Positions 1 through 8,861 of a stretch of 64,000 nucleotides of DNA are shown piece by piece. The stretch is from Acidobacteriota bacterium (GTDB lineage: Bacteria > Acidobacteriota > UBA6911 > RPQK01 > JAJDTT01). Under the pieces are notes generated by a model. It did no database searches and had not been told where the DNA came from. It saw only the letters and a program-made list of their open reading frames with translations. The translations under genes and the position numbers were made by a program. The DNA lies in contig OZ242374.1 in NCBI GenBank assembly GCA_965209055.1, positions 4,256,001 to 4,320,000 of the forward strand, read 5' to 3'. Position 1 is the stretch's first letter; every line of letters starts with the position of its first letter.

Positions 1-61
1 GCCGGACGGTCGGCTCGATAGTTGTTGACTGCGAGACAATTGGGACTAGCAGTCCCCCCTC

Positions 62-823
62 CTACCGCCGCCGGCTCACGAAGTCCTGGACGTTTCTCCG
101 GCTCTCGCGGTCTTCGAAACACGCCAGAAAATCGGCCGAGGCCACGCCCTCCCAGTGGTCGCTCCTCAGCTCCGACATCCGGTGCAGCAACGCCTTGGTC
201 CGGGCCAAACCCTCCGCGGGAAAGGAGGCCAGCCTCCGGGCCAGCGCTTCGCCCCGACCAAGAAGTTCCGGGTCCGGAACCACTTCATTGACCAGGCCGA
301 TCTCGTGGGCCCGAGTCGCGTCGATTTTCTCGCAGGTCAAAAGCAACCACCGGGCGGCGGCGCCCCCCAACAGATCGACCGTCCTCCCCAACGACCAGGG
401 CGGCGTCCATCCCAGCTCCACCTCCGGAAGTCCGAAAACAGCGGATCCGGACGCGATCCGGAAGTCGTGGTAGAGCGTGACCTGAAGTCCGCCCCCCAAG
501 GCATACCCATGGATCAGCGCCAACGTCGGCTGGGGCAGGGAATCGAGCAGTCCGAACGCCTCCCCGTAACCCCGCTCCAACGACGTAGCCTCGGCCCCCG
601 AGAGCGGCGCCAATTCGCGCAGATCGCTGCCGGAGCAGAAGGCCCGGCCCGCCCCCCGGGTCACCACGACCCGGACCGAGTCGTCTTCGCGGATCTGGTT
701 CAGGATTTCCGTGTACCGCCCGACCATCTCCTGGTCCAGCGCGTTGAGCACCTGGGGCCGGTTCAGGGTGAGCCAGGCCACTCCGTCACGGATGGAGAGT
801 TGGACGGAATCAGTCGCCGGCAC
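62..823 (-). CDS. Enoyl-CoA hydratase/isomerase (crotonase) family protein
   Basis: LTLNRPQVLNALD, GAGRAFCSGSD oxyanion loop, IHGYALGGG, FGLPEVELG. The first catalytic Glu position reads Gln (GGGLQ). Confidence 0.92.
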   Translation of the reverse strand: MPATDSVQLSIRDGVAWLTLNRPQVLNALDQEMVGRYTEILNQIREDDSVRVVVTRGAGRAFCSGSDLRELAPLSGAEATSLERGYGEAFGLLDSLPQPTLALIHGYALGGGLQVTLYHDFRIASGSAVFGLPEVELGWTPPWSLGRTVDLLGGAAARWLLLTCEKIDATRAHEIGLVNEVVPDPELLGRGEALARRLASFPAEGLARTKALLHRMSELRSDHWEGVASADFLACFEDRESRRNVQDFVSRRR

Positions 824-1226
824 TGGCCTTCTCGCCGGCTCGGGTCAGAAACCGCTCCATGGATCCGAGGATGAATCGTTCGTGAGTCCCGCGGGCGATG
901 AGATCCTGTTCGTCATGGGCCTCGAACCGGAAGCCGAGCCGCTTTCCCTCCAGTTCCACCAGCTCGACCCGGACCGTCACCTTCATGCCCACCGGCGTCG
1001 GCGCCAGGTGCTGCATGTTCACCCGGGTTCCCACCGTGCCCTGACCCTCGTCCAGCGTGGGCGCGGCGCAACGGATGGCGCAGGCTTCGATGAGGGCCAC
1101 CAGTGCCGGCGTGGCCAGCACCTGGACCCCGGGATTGCCGAAACGGTCCGCGGTCAGGTCGTCGCTGACCGTGTGCTCCGTCGTCAGGTTCCGGCCCACT
1201 TTGAGAACGTCGGTCATTTCAACCAT
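810..1226 (-). CDS. Hotdog-fold thioesterase, fluoroacetyl-CoA thioesterase (FlK)-like
   Basis: VLATPALVALIE (Thr/Glu), TVGTRVNMQHLAPTPVG (His) and GTHERFI are FlK-family motifs. Overlaps the downstream crotonase start. Confidence 0.88.
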   Translation of the reverse strand: MVEMTDVLKVGRNLTTEHTVSDDLTADRFGNPGVQVLATPALVALIEACAIRCAAPTLDEGQGTVGTRVNMQHLAPTPVGMKVTVRVELVELEGKRLGFRFEAHDEQDLIARGTHERFILGSMERFLTRAGEKASAGD

Positions 1227-1242
1227 CCTTCCCGGCTCGCCA

Positions 1243-2286
1243 TCAGTCGGGAGACCCTGTCAGTTCCTGCCGGACGATGCGGGTGCCCGCCACCATGTTG
1301 CGCAGCTTCATGACCGTGATCCAGCGGGGGAGTTGGAAGAAACCGCAGTCGGGCACGACCCAGAGTTTTTCGGGCGGTACATATTGCAGCGCGGCGCGAA
1401 TCCGGTCCGCCACGTCATTCGGCGTCTCCCGGTAGAAGGACTTGATGTCGATGACCCCAAATCCGATGTCCCGTTCCTCGGACAGCACCCGGCACAGCTC
1501 CAATTCGTGCATCTCCCGGTTGGCGAACTCCAGGACGAACTCGTCGCACTTGGCCTCCAACAGGTAGTCGACCATGGGTCCGTACTCCCGCTTGCCGCGG
1601 GGCCGCGACCCCAGGTTGCCGAAACAGATATGGAAGGCGATCCTGGCGTCGACCCCTTCGACGCACCGGTTGTAAAGGGCCAGATACTCCTTCAGTTCCC
1701 CCGGGATGATGGCGAAGGAGGGCTCGTCCAACTGGATGTAGTCGGCTCCCGCCTTGACCAGATCCTTGAGCTCCTGGTTGACCACCTCGGCAAACTGCCA
1801 GAACAGTTCCATGCGGTCCCGGTAGTACTCGCGAACCGACGAGTCCCTGAGGTGAATGGTGACGGTCAACGGGCCCGGACAGGTGGCTTTGACCGGCTTG
1901 TCGGTCTGGGTCTTCAGATGCTTGAACTCCTCGACCACGCCGAGTCCACGGGGGACGGTCACCTTCTCCCGGAGACGGTAACGCGGCACCGAGTCGTACG
2001 CGTACAAACCCACCCTGCGCAACGGCTCTTCCGATTCGATGCCCTCCATCTTCTCGTAGAAGCTCTGGACGAAGTGCCAGCGCTTCATTTCACCGTCGGA
2101 GATGACGTCCACGCCGGCCCGTTCCATGTCCCGGATGGCGATGCTCACGGCGTCGTCGTAGAGTTCCCGTTTGTCGGTCTTACCGTATTTTCCCGCCTCG
2201 ATGGCCTCCAACGCGGTATAGAACCAGCTCGGTATGGCATGGCTTCCGATGACCGACGTGGGAATCAGAGGAAGATTTTCCTTCAT
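1243..2286 (-). CDS. Cobalamin-independent methionine synthase II family protein (single-barrel MetE-like Zn enzyme)
   Basis: PTSVIGS, DVISDGE, IQLDEP, Zn ligands HICFGN...E...PDCG. At 347 aa it lacks the N-terminal folate-binding barrel of full MetE. Confidence 0.88.
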   Translation of the reverse strand: MKENLPLIPTSVIGSHAIPSWFYTALEAIEAGKYGKTDKRELYDDAVSIAIRDMERAGVDVISDGEMKRWHFVQSFYEKMEGIESEEPLRRVGLYAYDSVPRYRLREKVTVPRGLGVVEEFKHLKTQTDKPVKATCPGPLTVTIHLRDSSVREYYRDRMELFWQFAEVVNQELKDLVKAGADYIQLDEPSFAIIPGELKEYLALYNRCVEGVDARIAFHICFGNLGSRPRGKREYGPMVDYLLEAKCDEFVLEFANREMHELELCRVLSEERDIGFGVIDIKSFYRETPNDVADRIRAALQYVPPEKLWVVPDCGFFQLPRWITVMKLRNMVAGTRIVRQELTGSPD

Positions 2287-2366
2287 ATTTGTCTAACCTC
2301 AGCTGAGAACGCCAAATCGTAACACAGCGGCCGCGGGGGCCCAAAGGCTCGACCCGGCGTCGATTC

Positions 2367-3599
2367 TCACCCTTGGGCAAATTCTTCCGGGTGGGCAAAC
2401 AGGTCCCGCAGTTCCTTCAGGAAGAGGCCGGCCGGGTAGCCGTCGACGGCCCGGTGATCGAAGACCAGGCAAAGGTAGGCCGTGGGAACGACTGCCAATC
2501 GGTCTTCGATGACAAGAGGCCGAGGCTGAATCCGCCCGACGCCCAGAATCGCCACCTGGGGCGGATTGATGATGGGGGTGAACAGGTCCACGTGCGCGCC
2601 GCCCAGGTTGGTGATGGTGAAGGTGCCGTCGCTGACGTCGGCGAGGTCCAGCCCTCCTTCCCGCGCCCGGCCGGCCAGGGACCGGCTCTCGCGGGCCAGT
2701 TGGACCAGGTCCTTGCCGCCGGCATCCTTCAGAACCGGCACCACCAGTCCCTGGTCCAGATGGACCGCCAATCCCATGTTGATCCGGTCGTGGACGCGAA
2801 CCTGCTTGTCCGCCAGGGTGGCGTTGAGCAGGGGATGCCGCCCCAGGGCCACGGTGACTGCCTTGGTCACCAGATCGTTCAAGGAGATCCGCAAACCGTG
2901 GCGGGATTCCCAGCGGGGAAGATTCGACTCGCGGAAGTCTACCGTCCGGCTCATGTCCACGTGCATCACCTCCGTCACCCGGGGAATGTCGCGCCAACTC
3001 TGGGACAGACGTTGCGCCACTCGGCCCCGGGTTCCGGTCAGGGGAATCGTCCGGGTCACTCCGAGAGTGGATTCGGGCACTGGAGCGGGCTGCGCCGGGG
3101 ATGCGGCCGCAGCAGCCGCCCGCAGGATGTCATCCTTGGTAATCCTTCCGCCCGGCCCCGAACCGGCCACGGTGGCCGGATCCACGCCGTGCCGGGAGGC
3201 CAGTTTCCGGGCCACGGGAGAGATTCTCAATCGTCGGGACCTGGCGGGCCGCTTGCGCCGTGGGGAGGGACCCGCTGCGGCTCCGGGCCTCTCCTTCCGG
3301 GCCGCGGGCGCTCCTGCCGGCGCCAACAGGCGCGCGGTCTCCGCCGGATCGGGGCTCTCACCGGGAGCCAACAGAATCGCCAGAATGGCTCCGATGGGCC
3401 GCTCCTGCCCGGCGGGGACGACGATCTTGTGAAGGACTCCGTCCATGGGAGCCTCCACTTCGGTGGTCACCTTGTCGGTCTCCACCATCAGCAGCGGATC
3501 CCCCTTGGCCAGACGGTCCCCCTCCTGCTTCAGCCACTCCAGGACCGTCCCCGATTCCATGGTGTGGCCCAGGCTGGGCATTCCTAATTTCACCGCCAT
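2367..3599 (-). CDS. Dihydrolipoamide acyltransferase (E2) of a 2-oxoacid/acetoin dehydrogenase complex
   Basis: One lipoyl domain (VETDKVTTEV), peripheral subunit-binding domain (ISPVARKLA...GSGPGGRITKDD), catalytic FDHRAVDG. Confidence 0.93.
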   Translation of the reverse strand: MAVKLGMPSLGHTMESGTVLEWLKQEGDRLAKGDPLLMVETDKVTTEVEAPMDGVLHKIVVPAGQERPIGAILAILLAPGESPDPAETARLLAPAGAPAARKERPGAAAGPSPRRKRPARSRRLRISPVARKLASRHGVDPATVAGSGPGGRITKDDILRAAAAAASPAQPAPVPESTLGVTRTIPLTGTRGRVAQRLSQSWRDIPRVTEVMHVDMSRTVDFRESNLPRWESRHGLRISLNDLVTKAVTVALGRHPLLNATLADKQVRVHDRINMGLAVHLDQGLVVPVLKDAGGKDLVQLARESRSLAGRAREGGLDLADVSDGTFTITNLGGAHVDLFTPIINPPQVAILGVGRIQPRPLVIEDRLAVVPTAYLCLVFDHRAVDGYPAGLFLKELRDLFAHPEEFAQG

Positions 3600-3611
3600 G
3601 AGGTTCGTCCT

Positions 3612-4583
3612 TTACGCCACCAGATCTCGCGCCGAGGCGAGCAGTTTCTCGACGCTGGGTACCGCCAGCTTCTCCAACACGGGGCTGAACGGCATGGGTA
3701 CGTCGGCGGCTGCGACCCGGCGAACGGGGGCGTCCAGGTAGTCGAAGCATTCCTCGGCAATCCGGGAAGCCAACTCCGCGCTCGAACCTCCCCGGCGAAC
3801 CTCTTCGTCGGTGACGATGGCCCGGTTCGTCTTCTCCACCGAGGAGAAGATCGTGTCCGTGTCCAGCGGGACCAGGGTCCGGGGATCGATGACCTCCAAC
3901 TCGATCCCTTCCGCGCTCAGGATCCCCGCCGCCTCCAAGGCCTTCCCCACCATGGGCCCCGACGCCACGACCGTGATGTCGTCCCCCTGGCGCTTGACGT
4001 CGGCCTGGCCGAAGGGAATGGCGTATTCCGTGTCCGGAACCTCCCCCTTGACCGAGTAGAGGCGCTTGTACTCGATGAACATGACCGGGTCCCGGCCCCG
4101 CAGGGCCGACTTCATGAGCCCCTTGGCGTCGCGGGGGGTGGAGGGAACCGCCACCTGCAGACCGGGCACGTGCATGAACCAGGCCTCCAGGCTCTGGGAA
4201 TGCTGGGCAGCGATGAGCCGGGCCGACCCGGAGGGGAGCCGCAAGACCACCGGGACGTCGGTCTGGCCCCCGAACATGTAGCGGACCTTGGCCATCTGAT
4301 TCACGACTTCATCCATGGCGCAGGTGATGAAATCGACGTACATGATCTCCGCTACCGGACGCATTCCGCAAAGGGCGGCTCCGACCGCAGTGCCGACGAT
4401 GGCGGCTTCGGAGATGGGGGTCTGGCGGATCCGGTCCGGATACTTCTCGGCGATGCCCCGGGTGACCGCGTAGGGTCCTCCGTGGGCGATCACGTCTTCG
4501 CCCAGGACGAAAATGCTCGAATCCCGGGCCATCTCCTCGTGCAGGGCTTCTCGAATCGCCTGGTTCATGGGTATCGAGGGCAT
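3612..4583 (-). CDS. TPP-dependent dehydrogenase E1 beta subunit (AcoB/PdhB-like)
   Basis: GEDV, TPISEAAIVG, RPVAEIMYVDF, AAQHSQSLEAW, DPRTLVPLD. Start placed at ATG 4583, which has an AAGGAGGA SD; the ORF track starts at TTG 4625. Confidence 0.93.
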   Translation of the reverse strand: MPSIPMNQAIREALHEEMARDSSIFVLGEDVIAHGGPYAVTRGIAEKYPDRIRQTPISEAAIVGTAVGAALCGMRPVAEIMYVDFITCAMDEVVNQMAKVRYMFGGQTDVPVVLRLPSGSARLIAAQHSQSLEAWFMHVPGLQVAVPSTPRDAKGLMKSALRGRDPVMFIEYKRLYSVKGEVPDTEYAIPFGQADVKRQGDDITVVASGPMVGKALEAAGILSAEGIELEVIDPRTLVPLDTDTIFSSVEKTNRAIVTDEEVRRGGSSAELASRIAEECFDYLDAPVRRVAAADVPMPFSPVLEKLAVPSVEKLLASARDLVA

Positions 4584-4617
4584 GACGGGCTGGTCCTCCT
4601 TCTGGACGGTCTGTTTC

Positions 4618-5601
4618 TCACGCAACCGGAGTGGAGAAGACGTCGCGGGTCAACTCCTCCGGGCCGGGGTAGGGACTCTCATCGGCGAATCGCACCGCTG
4701 CTGCGATCTCCTCCTCCACCGACCTCCGGATCGACTCGGCCTCCTCAGCCGTCAGGACTCCCTCCCGCTCGAGATGGTCCCCGAGGTCCTGGATGGGATC
4801 GTGCCGGCGGGACCAATCCGCAATCTCCTCCTTGGTTCGATACTGCTGGGGGTCGCCGAAATTGTGGCCGTGGAAGCGGTAGGTCTTGCACTCCAGCAGG
4901 GTGGGCCCCTCGCCCCGGCGGGCCCGGTCGACGGCCTCTCCGGCCGCCTCGTAGACGGACAGGACGTCCATGCCATTCACCTGGGCGCCGGGAATGCCGT
5001 AAGCGGAGGACATGGAGGCCACGTCGGTCACCAGGGTGATCTCTTCCTGGGGCGTCCACTGAGCGTACTGGTTGTTCTCGCAGACGTAGACGACCGGCAA
5101 CCGCCAGACGGCTCCCAGGTTGATGTTCTCGTGGAAGGGTCCGCGATTGACGGCGCCGTCCCCGAAGAAACAGACGGCGACCTGCCCGCTCTCGCGCATC
5201 TGGGCGGCCAGGCCGGCTCCCGTGGCCAGGCCGAATCCTCCCGCCACGATGCCGTTGGCTCCCAGCATCCCCACGGAGAAATCCGCGATGTGCATGGAGC
5301 CGCCCTTGCCCTTGCAGTAGCCGGTGATGCGTCCGAAGAGTTCGGCCATCATGCGCCGGACGTCGGCTCCCTTGGAGATGCAGTGACCGTGGCCCCGGTG
5401 GGTCGAGGTGATGTAGTCGGCATCGGTGAGATGGGCGCAGATCCCGACTCCCACCGCCTCCTGCCCGATGTAGGTGTGCAGCGCCCCCAGGACCTTGCCC
5501 TGGCCGGACTGGTATTCCGCCTGTTCTTCAAAGAGACGGATCCGCCACATGGCGGTGTACATGTCCAGCAGTTTTCCCGTCGTCGGACCGTTGATTCCCA
5601 T
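4618..5601 (-). CDS. TPP-dependent dehydrogenase E1 alpha subunit (AcoA/PdhA-like)
   Basis: STHRGHGH, GKGGSMH, TPP-binding GDGA...ENN, TYRFHGH. Start placed at ATG 5601 (MGINGP...) with GAAGGAG SD; the longer 6222 ORF is an extension through the SDR gene. Confidence 0.93.
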   Translation of the reverse strand: MGINGPTTGKLLDMYTAMWRIRLFEEQAEYQSGQGKVLGALHTYIGQEAVGVGICAHLTDADYITSTHRGHGHCISKGADVRRMMAELFGRITGYCKGKGGSMHIADFSVGMLGANGIVAGGFGLATGAGLAAQMRESGQVAVCFFGDGAVNRGPFHENINLGAVWRLPVVYVCENNQYAQWTPQEEITLVTDVASMSSAYGIPGAQVNGMDVLSVYEAAGEAVDRARRGEGPTLLECKTYRFHGHNFGDPQQYRTKEEIADWSRRHDPIQDLGDHLEREGVLTAEEAESIRRSVEEEIAAAVRFADESPYPGPEELTRDVFSTPVA

Positions 5602-5645
5602 GGCTTTGGTCTCTCCTTCGTTTCTCGCGACTTCGCAGGCCCGGT

Positions 5646-6449
5646 TCAGCGAGCCAGCCAACCTCCATCCACGAACAGGCTGTGCCCCGTGACCATGGCG
5701 GACGCGGCGCTGGACAGGTAGAGGATCGCGCCGGCCAGGTCTCCCGTTTGAGCCACGCGCCGCAGGGGAGTGTACTCCTCGATGGCGGCCCGCATCTCGG
5801 AAATGTTGAGAATGGACGCGGCCAGCGGCGTGTCGGTAAAGGTGGGAGCGATCTCGTTGACCCGGACTCTCTGGGGACCCCATTCCGCCGCCAGCGCCCG
5901 GGTCAGGTTCACCACCGCCCCCTTGGCGGCATGATAGGCCGAGTTGGGATACATTCCGCCTCCGCTGTGGCCCAGGATCGACGAGATGTTGACGATGCTT
6001 CCCCCTCCCCGGGCGGCCATCCGGCGGCCCGCTTCCCGGCAACAAAGGAAGGTGGAGGTCAGGTTCCTGGTGAGCACCTCGTTCCAATCCTCCAAGGTCA
6101 TCTCCATGGCCGCGACGTGCTTTCCGCCGCCCACGCTGTGGACCAGCACGTCCAGTCGCCCGTACTCCTCCAGGACCTGTCCGAACCCGGCCGTCACCTC
6201 CCGCTCCCGGGTCACGTCCCATTCGCGGACCGCGGCTCGCCTTCCATCGCCGGAAATCTCCGCTGCGACCCGCTCCGCCGCCTGGCGGTCACGGTCGGCC
6301 ACCACCACCGCGGCTCCGGCCTGGGCCAGGACATGGGACGCGGTGCGCCCGATGCTGCCGCCGCCGCCGGTGACCACTGCCACCCGGCCGTCCAGGCGAA
6401 AAAGCCCGTCGACCGCCGGGACGGAAGCTGAAGGGTTGCCCCCGGTCAT
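5646..6449 (-). CDS. Short-chain dehydrogenase/reductase (SDR)
   Basis: TGGGGSIG Rossmann motif, IVNISS, YHAAK catalytic motif, VDGG C-terminus. Confidence 0.93.
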   Translation of the reverse strand: MTGGNPSASVPAVDGLFRLDGRVAVVTGGGGSIGRTASHVLAQAGAAVVVADRDRQAAERVAAEISGDGRRAAVREWDVTREREVTAGFGQVLEEYGRLDVLVHSVGGGKHVAAMEMTLEDWNEVLTRNLTSTFLCCREAGRRMAARGGGSIVNISSILGHSGGGMYPNSAYHAAKGAVVNLTRALAAEWGPQRVRVNEIAPTFTDTPLAASILNISEMRAAIEEYTPLRRVAQTGDLAGAILYLSSAASAMVTGHSLFVDGGWLAR

Positions 6450-8143
6450 GGCGAAGGCTCACCGGAAACCAGTCGCAGTCTGGCCTTGGTCAGGGTCAAC
6501 TCCCGATCCGGAGAGGACTCTCCGAGACCGGCCTCCACCAGGTTCTCACATTGTTCCAACGCGGAGCCAGGAAGCGCAAAAGTGATGCGAATCGGGTCCG
6601 TTTCCGCCTCCGGCGCCAGCAACCTTCCGCCTTCCAAAGCACTTCCATTGACGCGCACGGCCAACTGTTCCAACGCCTGCGGGGCGCCTTGCAACTCAAG
6701 GGTGAGTTCGGCGCCGCCCAGGCGTCCTTCCTCTTCCAGGCGCGGGACATCGTCGCCGATCACGATGGGAAACCGGGCTTGGCCTCCCGGCTCCAAACGC
6801 GCCGGCAGATGGCCCCCGCTGGAGATGAAGGCATAGGGGAACCACACCTCTTCGGCGGCCGAGTAGATCTTCTCCGTGCCCTCCAACGCCTTGGGGTCGT
6901 CGATGTCGTCCAGACAGGCATAGACCCGTTTCCTGAGCGCCCGCCACCGGGCCTCGTCGCGAATCTGCTCCCAGGGAGCCGTCAGATTCCAGAAGTAGAT
7001 TCCGTCGGCGCCGCCGGCGTACCACTTGGTGGCCAGGGCCCGGGTCATTTCGACTCCCTTGCCATCCATCAGTTGGCCGGGATTGTTGATGCAGGGATAG
7101 AGCGGCACTCCGTAGGCATGGGCGGCCTCGGCCATCTTCGCCACGGGGAGGGAAAAATGGGCGTAACCCCCACCCAGGATCAGCATGTCCACCAGGCCCT
7201 CCCGCATCCAGGCCTCCAGATCCAGGCCGATCCCCAGGGAGAGCTCCAGATCGTCCGGAGTCCGGACCGCCAGCAGAAAGGGCCGGCCCCGCTCCTTGCC
7301 GATCTCGTCCATGCGTCCGCGAACCCTCCGGATGAAGGCAGTCATGAGGGAGACCTGCTCCGGGGTGATGGTCCCTCCTTCGAAGATGCTCTTGAAGAGG
7401 ACGGGATGGCGGATGAAGTCCAACTCGACGCCGTCCAGGTCGTACCGGAGGCAGACCTCCTCGATGATCTCGAACTTGCGGTCCCGGACCACCTGGTGGG
7501 TGAAGTCCAGGGCCGTGGCGTAGAGGTTGGCCACCCGGGCGCCGGGAAAGGCCGGTTCGGCGATGGCCGTCTGCAGCCCGCGGGTGCTCACGAGGAATTC
7601 GCGGTGGTCCAGCTTCCAGCGGGAGAGGTGCCCCTCGACAAAGCTGTCGTGGACGTCGTTCATGCGCACCGAGGCAAAGGCCTCCATGCCATGTTCATGG
7701 GCGAAGTCGTTGACGATCTTCAGCGGGCAGGTGCCGGCATCGACGAGGGCCCTGAGGTTCCCCGCGTAAGTGTTCATGTAGTCGGGCCGGTCCAATTGCT
7801 GACCGTCGCCGTAGATGGGTTGCACGCGGCTGTCGTAGGAGGGGGCGTCGCCGGCCAGGATCGACCAACTGATGGTGGTCACGGGGGTCCCCGGAAGGGC
7901 TTCGAGCCGCGGCGTCAGGAATCCTTCCACGGTGGAGGCTCCGGGGTGCATGAGGACGGCCGAGTCGCCGTTGAAGATAATCCGTCGTTTCCGCTGGCCG
8001 TTCTCGCCTTCCTGAGGCGGCTCGACGGCGCAGCCGGTGAGGAAACCCACCAGGAGCACCAGTGCGCAGACTCCGGCCCCGACAGCGGTGCACCTCGGGA
8101 TTCGGACCGGAACGTGGGATCGGGGGTCGGCAGGAGAATTCAT
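6446..8143 (-). CDS. Putative lipoprotein, glycoside hydrolase-like TIM barrel (GHL10/DUF187-like)
   Basis: Hydrophobic segment plus LTGC lipobox; RMNDVHD, LDFT...VRD, DGVELDFIRHP, GADGIYFWN. Paralog of 57385-59106. Confidence 0.7.
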   Translation of the reverse strand: MNSPADPRSHVPVRIPRCTAVGAGVCALVLLVGFLTGCAVEPPQEGENGQRKRRIIFNGDSAVLMHPGASTVEGFLTPRLEALPGTPVTTISWSILAGDAPSYDSRVQPIYGDGQQLDRPDYMNTYAGNLRALVDAGTCPLKIVNDFAHEHGMEAFASVRMNDVHDSFVEGHLSRWKLDHREFLVSTRGLQTAIAEPAFPGARVANLYATALDFTHQVVRDRKFEIIEEVCLRYDLDGVELDFIRHPVLFKSIFEGGTITPEQVSLMTAFIRRVRGRMDEIGKERGRPFLLAVRTPDDLELSLGIGLDLEAWMREGLVDMLILGGGYAHFSLPVAKMAEAAHAYGVPLYPCINNPGQLMDGKGVEMTRALATKWYAGGADGIYFWNLTAPWEQIRDEARWRALRKRVYACLDDIDDPKALEGTEKIYSAAEEVWFPYAFISSGGHLPARLEPGGQARFPIVIGDDVPRLEEEGRLGGAELTLELQGAPQALEQLAVRVNGSALEGGRLLAPEAETDPIRITFALPGSALEQCENLVEAGLGESSPDRELTLTKARLRLVSGEPSP

Positions 8144-8453
8144 GGTCCTTCAGGCCCTTCGGATACAGCGATTTGAAAGTATTTTTAAGTGTGGGCACCC
8201 CCGGGCGCCGTCCCCGGATCATACCCGACCAACAGGCCAACTGGAACCTGGCGGGCATTGCCAAAGCACTTCCTTCAATCGCATATTCCTCCGGCTCGTC
8301 GTTCTACTTTATGGAAGTTGACAGACGGCGGCGGTCAACAGAAGAATGTTTCGCACCGATCGGAACGAGGGCCCTTGATCGGACAATCGGGCTCAGTTCC
8401 TGTCCGCCGCAATTCGGATCCGCCGTGACGGGGACGTTAACGGAGGAGGAAAA

Positions 8454-8804
8454 ATGAATGTCGAACTGATGAGCGTCCTGGCTGCGGTGGTGGCGGTGGG
8501 TATCGGCTTGTCCGGACTGATATTGGCCAGCGGCCGAGGGCTGCGGCACGAAATGCGCGACCTGCGGCACGAGACACGGGAAGAGATCCAGGACCTGCGC
8601 CTCGAGATGAGAGCGACCCGCCAGGAAACGCGGCAGGAGATGCGGGAGGTGCGGCAGGAGATCCAGGAATTGCGGCAGGAAATGCGCGGACAGATAGGCC
8701 GGGTCGATTCCCAACTCGGCAAACTCCGAGAACGCACGGCGGGCCTGGAAGGACTGCTGACAGGTTTGCGGGAAGCCATCGTCCGGCGGGCCGTGGCGGG
8801 TTAG
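8454..8804 (+). CDS. Small protein with N-terminal TM helix and repetitive coiled coil
   Basis: GGAGGA SD; hydrophobic N-terminus; repeated LRHEMR/LRLEMR/TRQEMR/LRQEMR units; RLERTAxLEG-like end. Confidence 0.8.
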   Translation: MNVELMSVLAAVVAVGIGLSGLILASGRGLRHEMRDLRHETREEIQDLRLEMRATRQETRQEMREVRQEIQELRQEMRGQIGRVDSQLGKLRERTAGLEGLLTGLREAIVRRAVAG

Positions 8805-8861
8805 GGGGACAGGCATTGTTCTTCATCCGTCGGCGCGGCCCTTGCGGACTCCCTTTATCCG

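Noticed and set aside
42-56. GGGACT-AGC-AGTCCC hairpin after the crotonase stop as an intrinsic terminator
   Set aside because: 6-bp stem with no poly-U tract on the minus strand; too weak to call.
1243-2286. Calling this gene metE
   Set aside because: Half the length of MetE with no folate-binding barrel, and it sits in a catabolic context, so the symbol is withheld.
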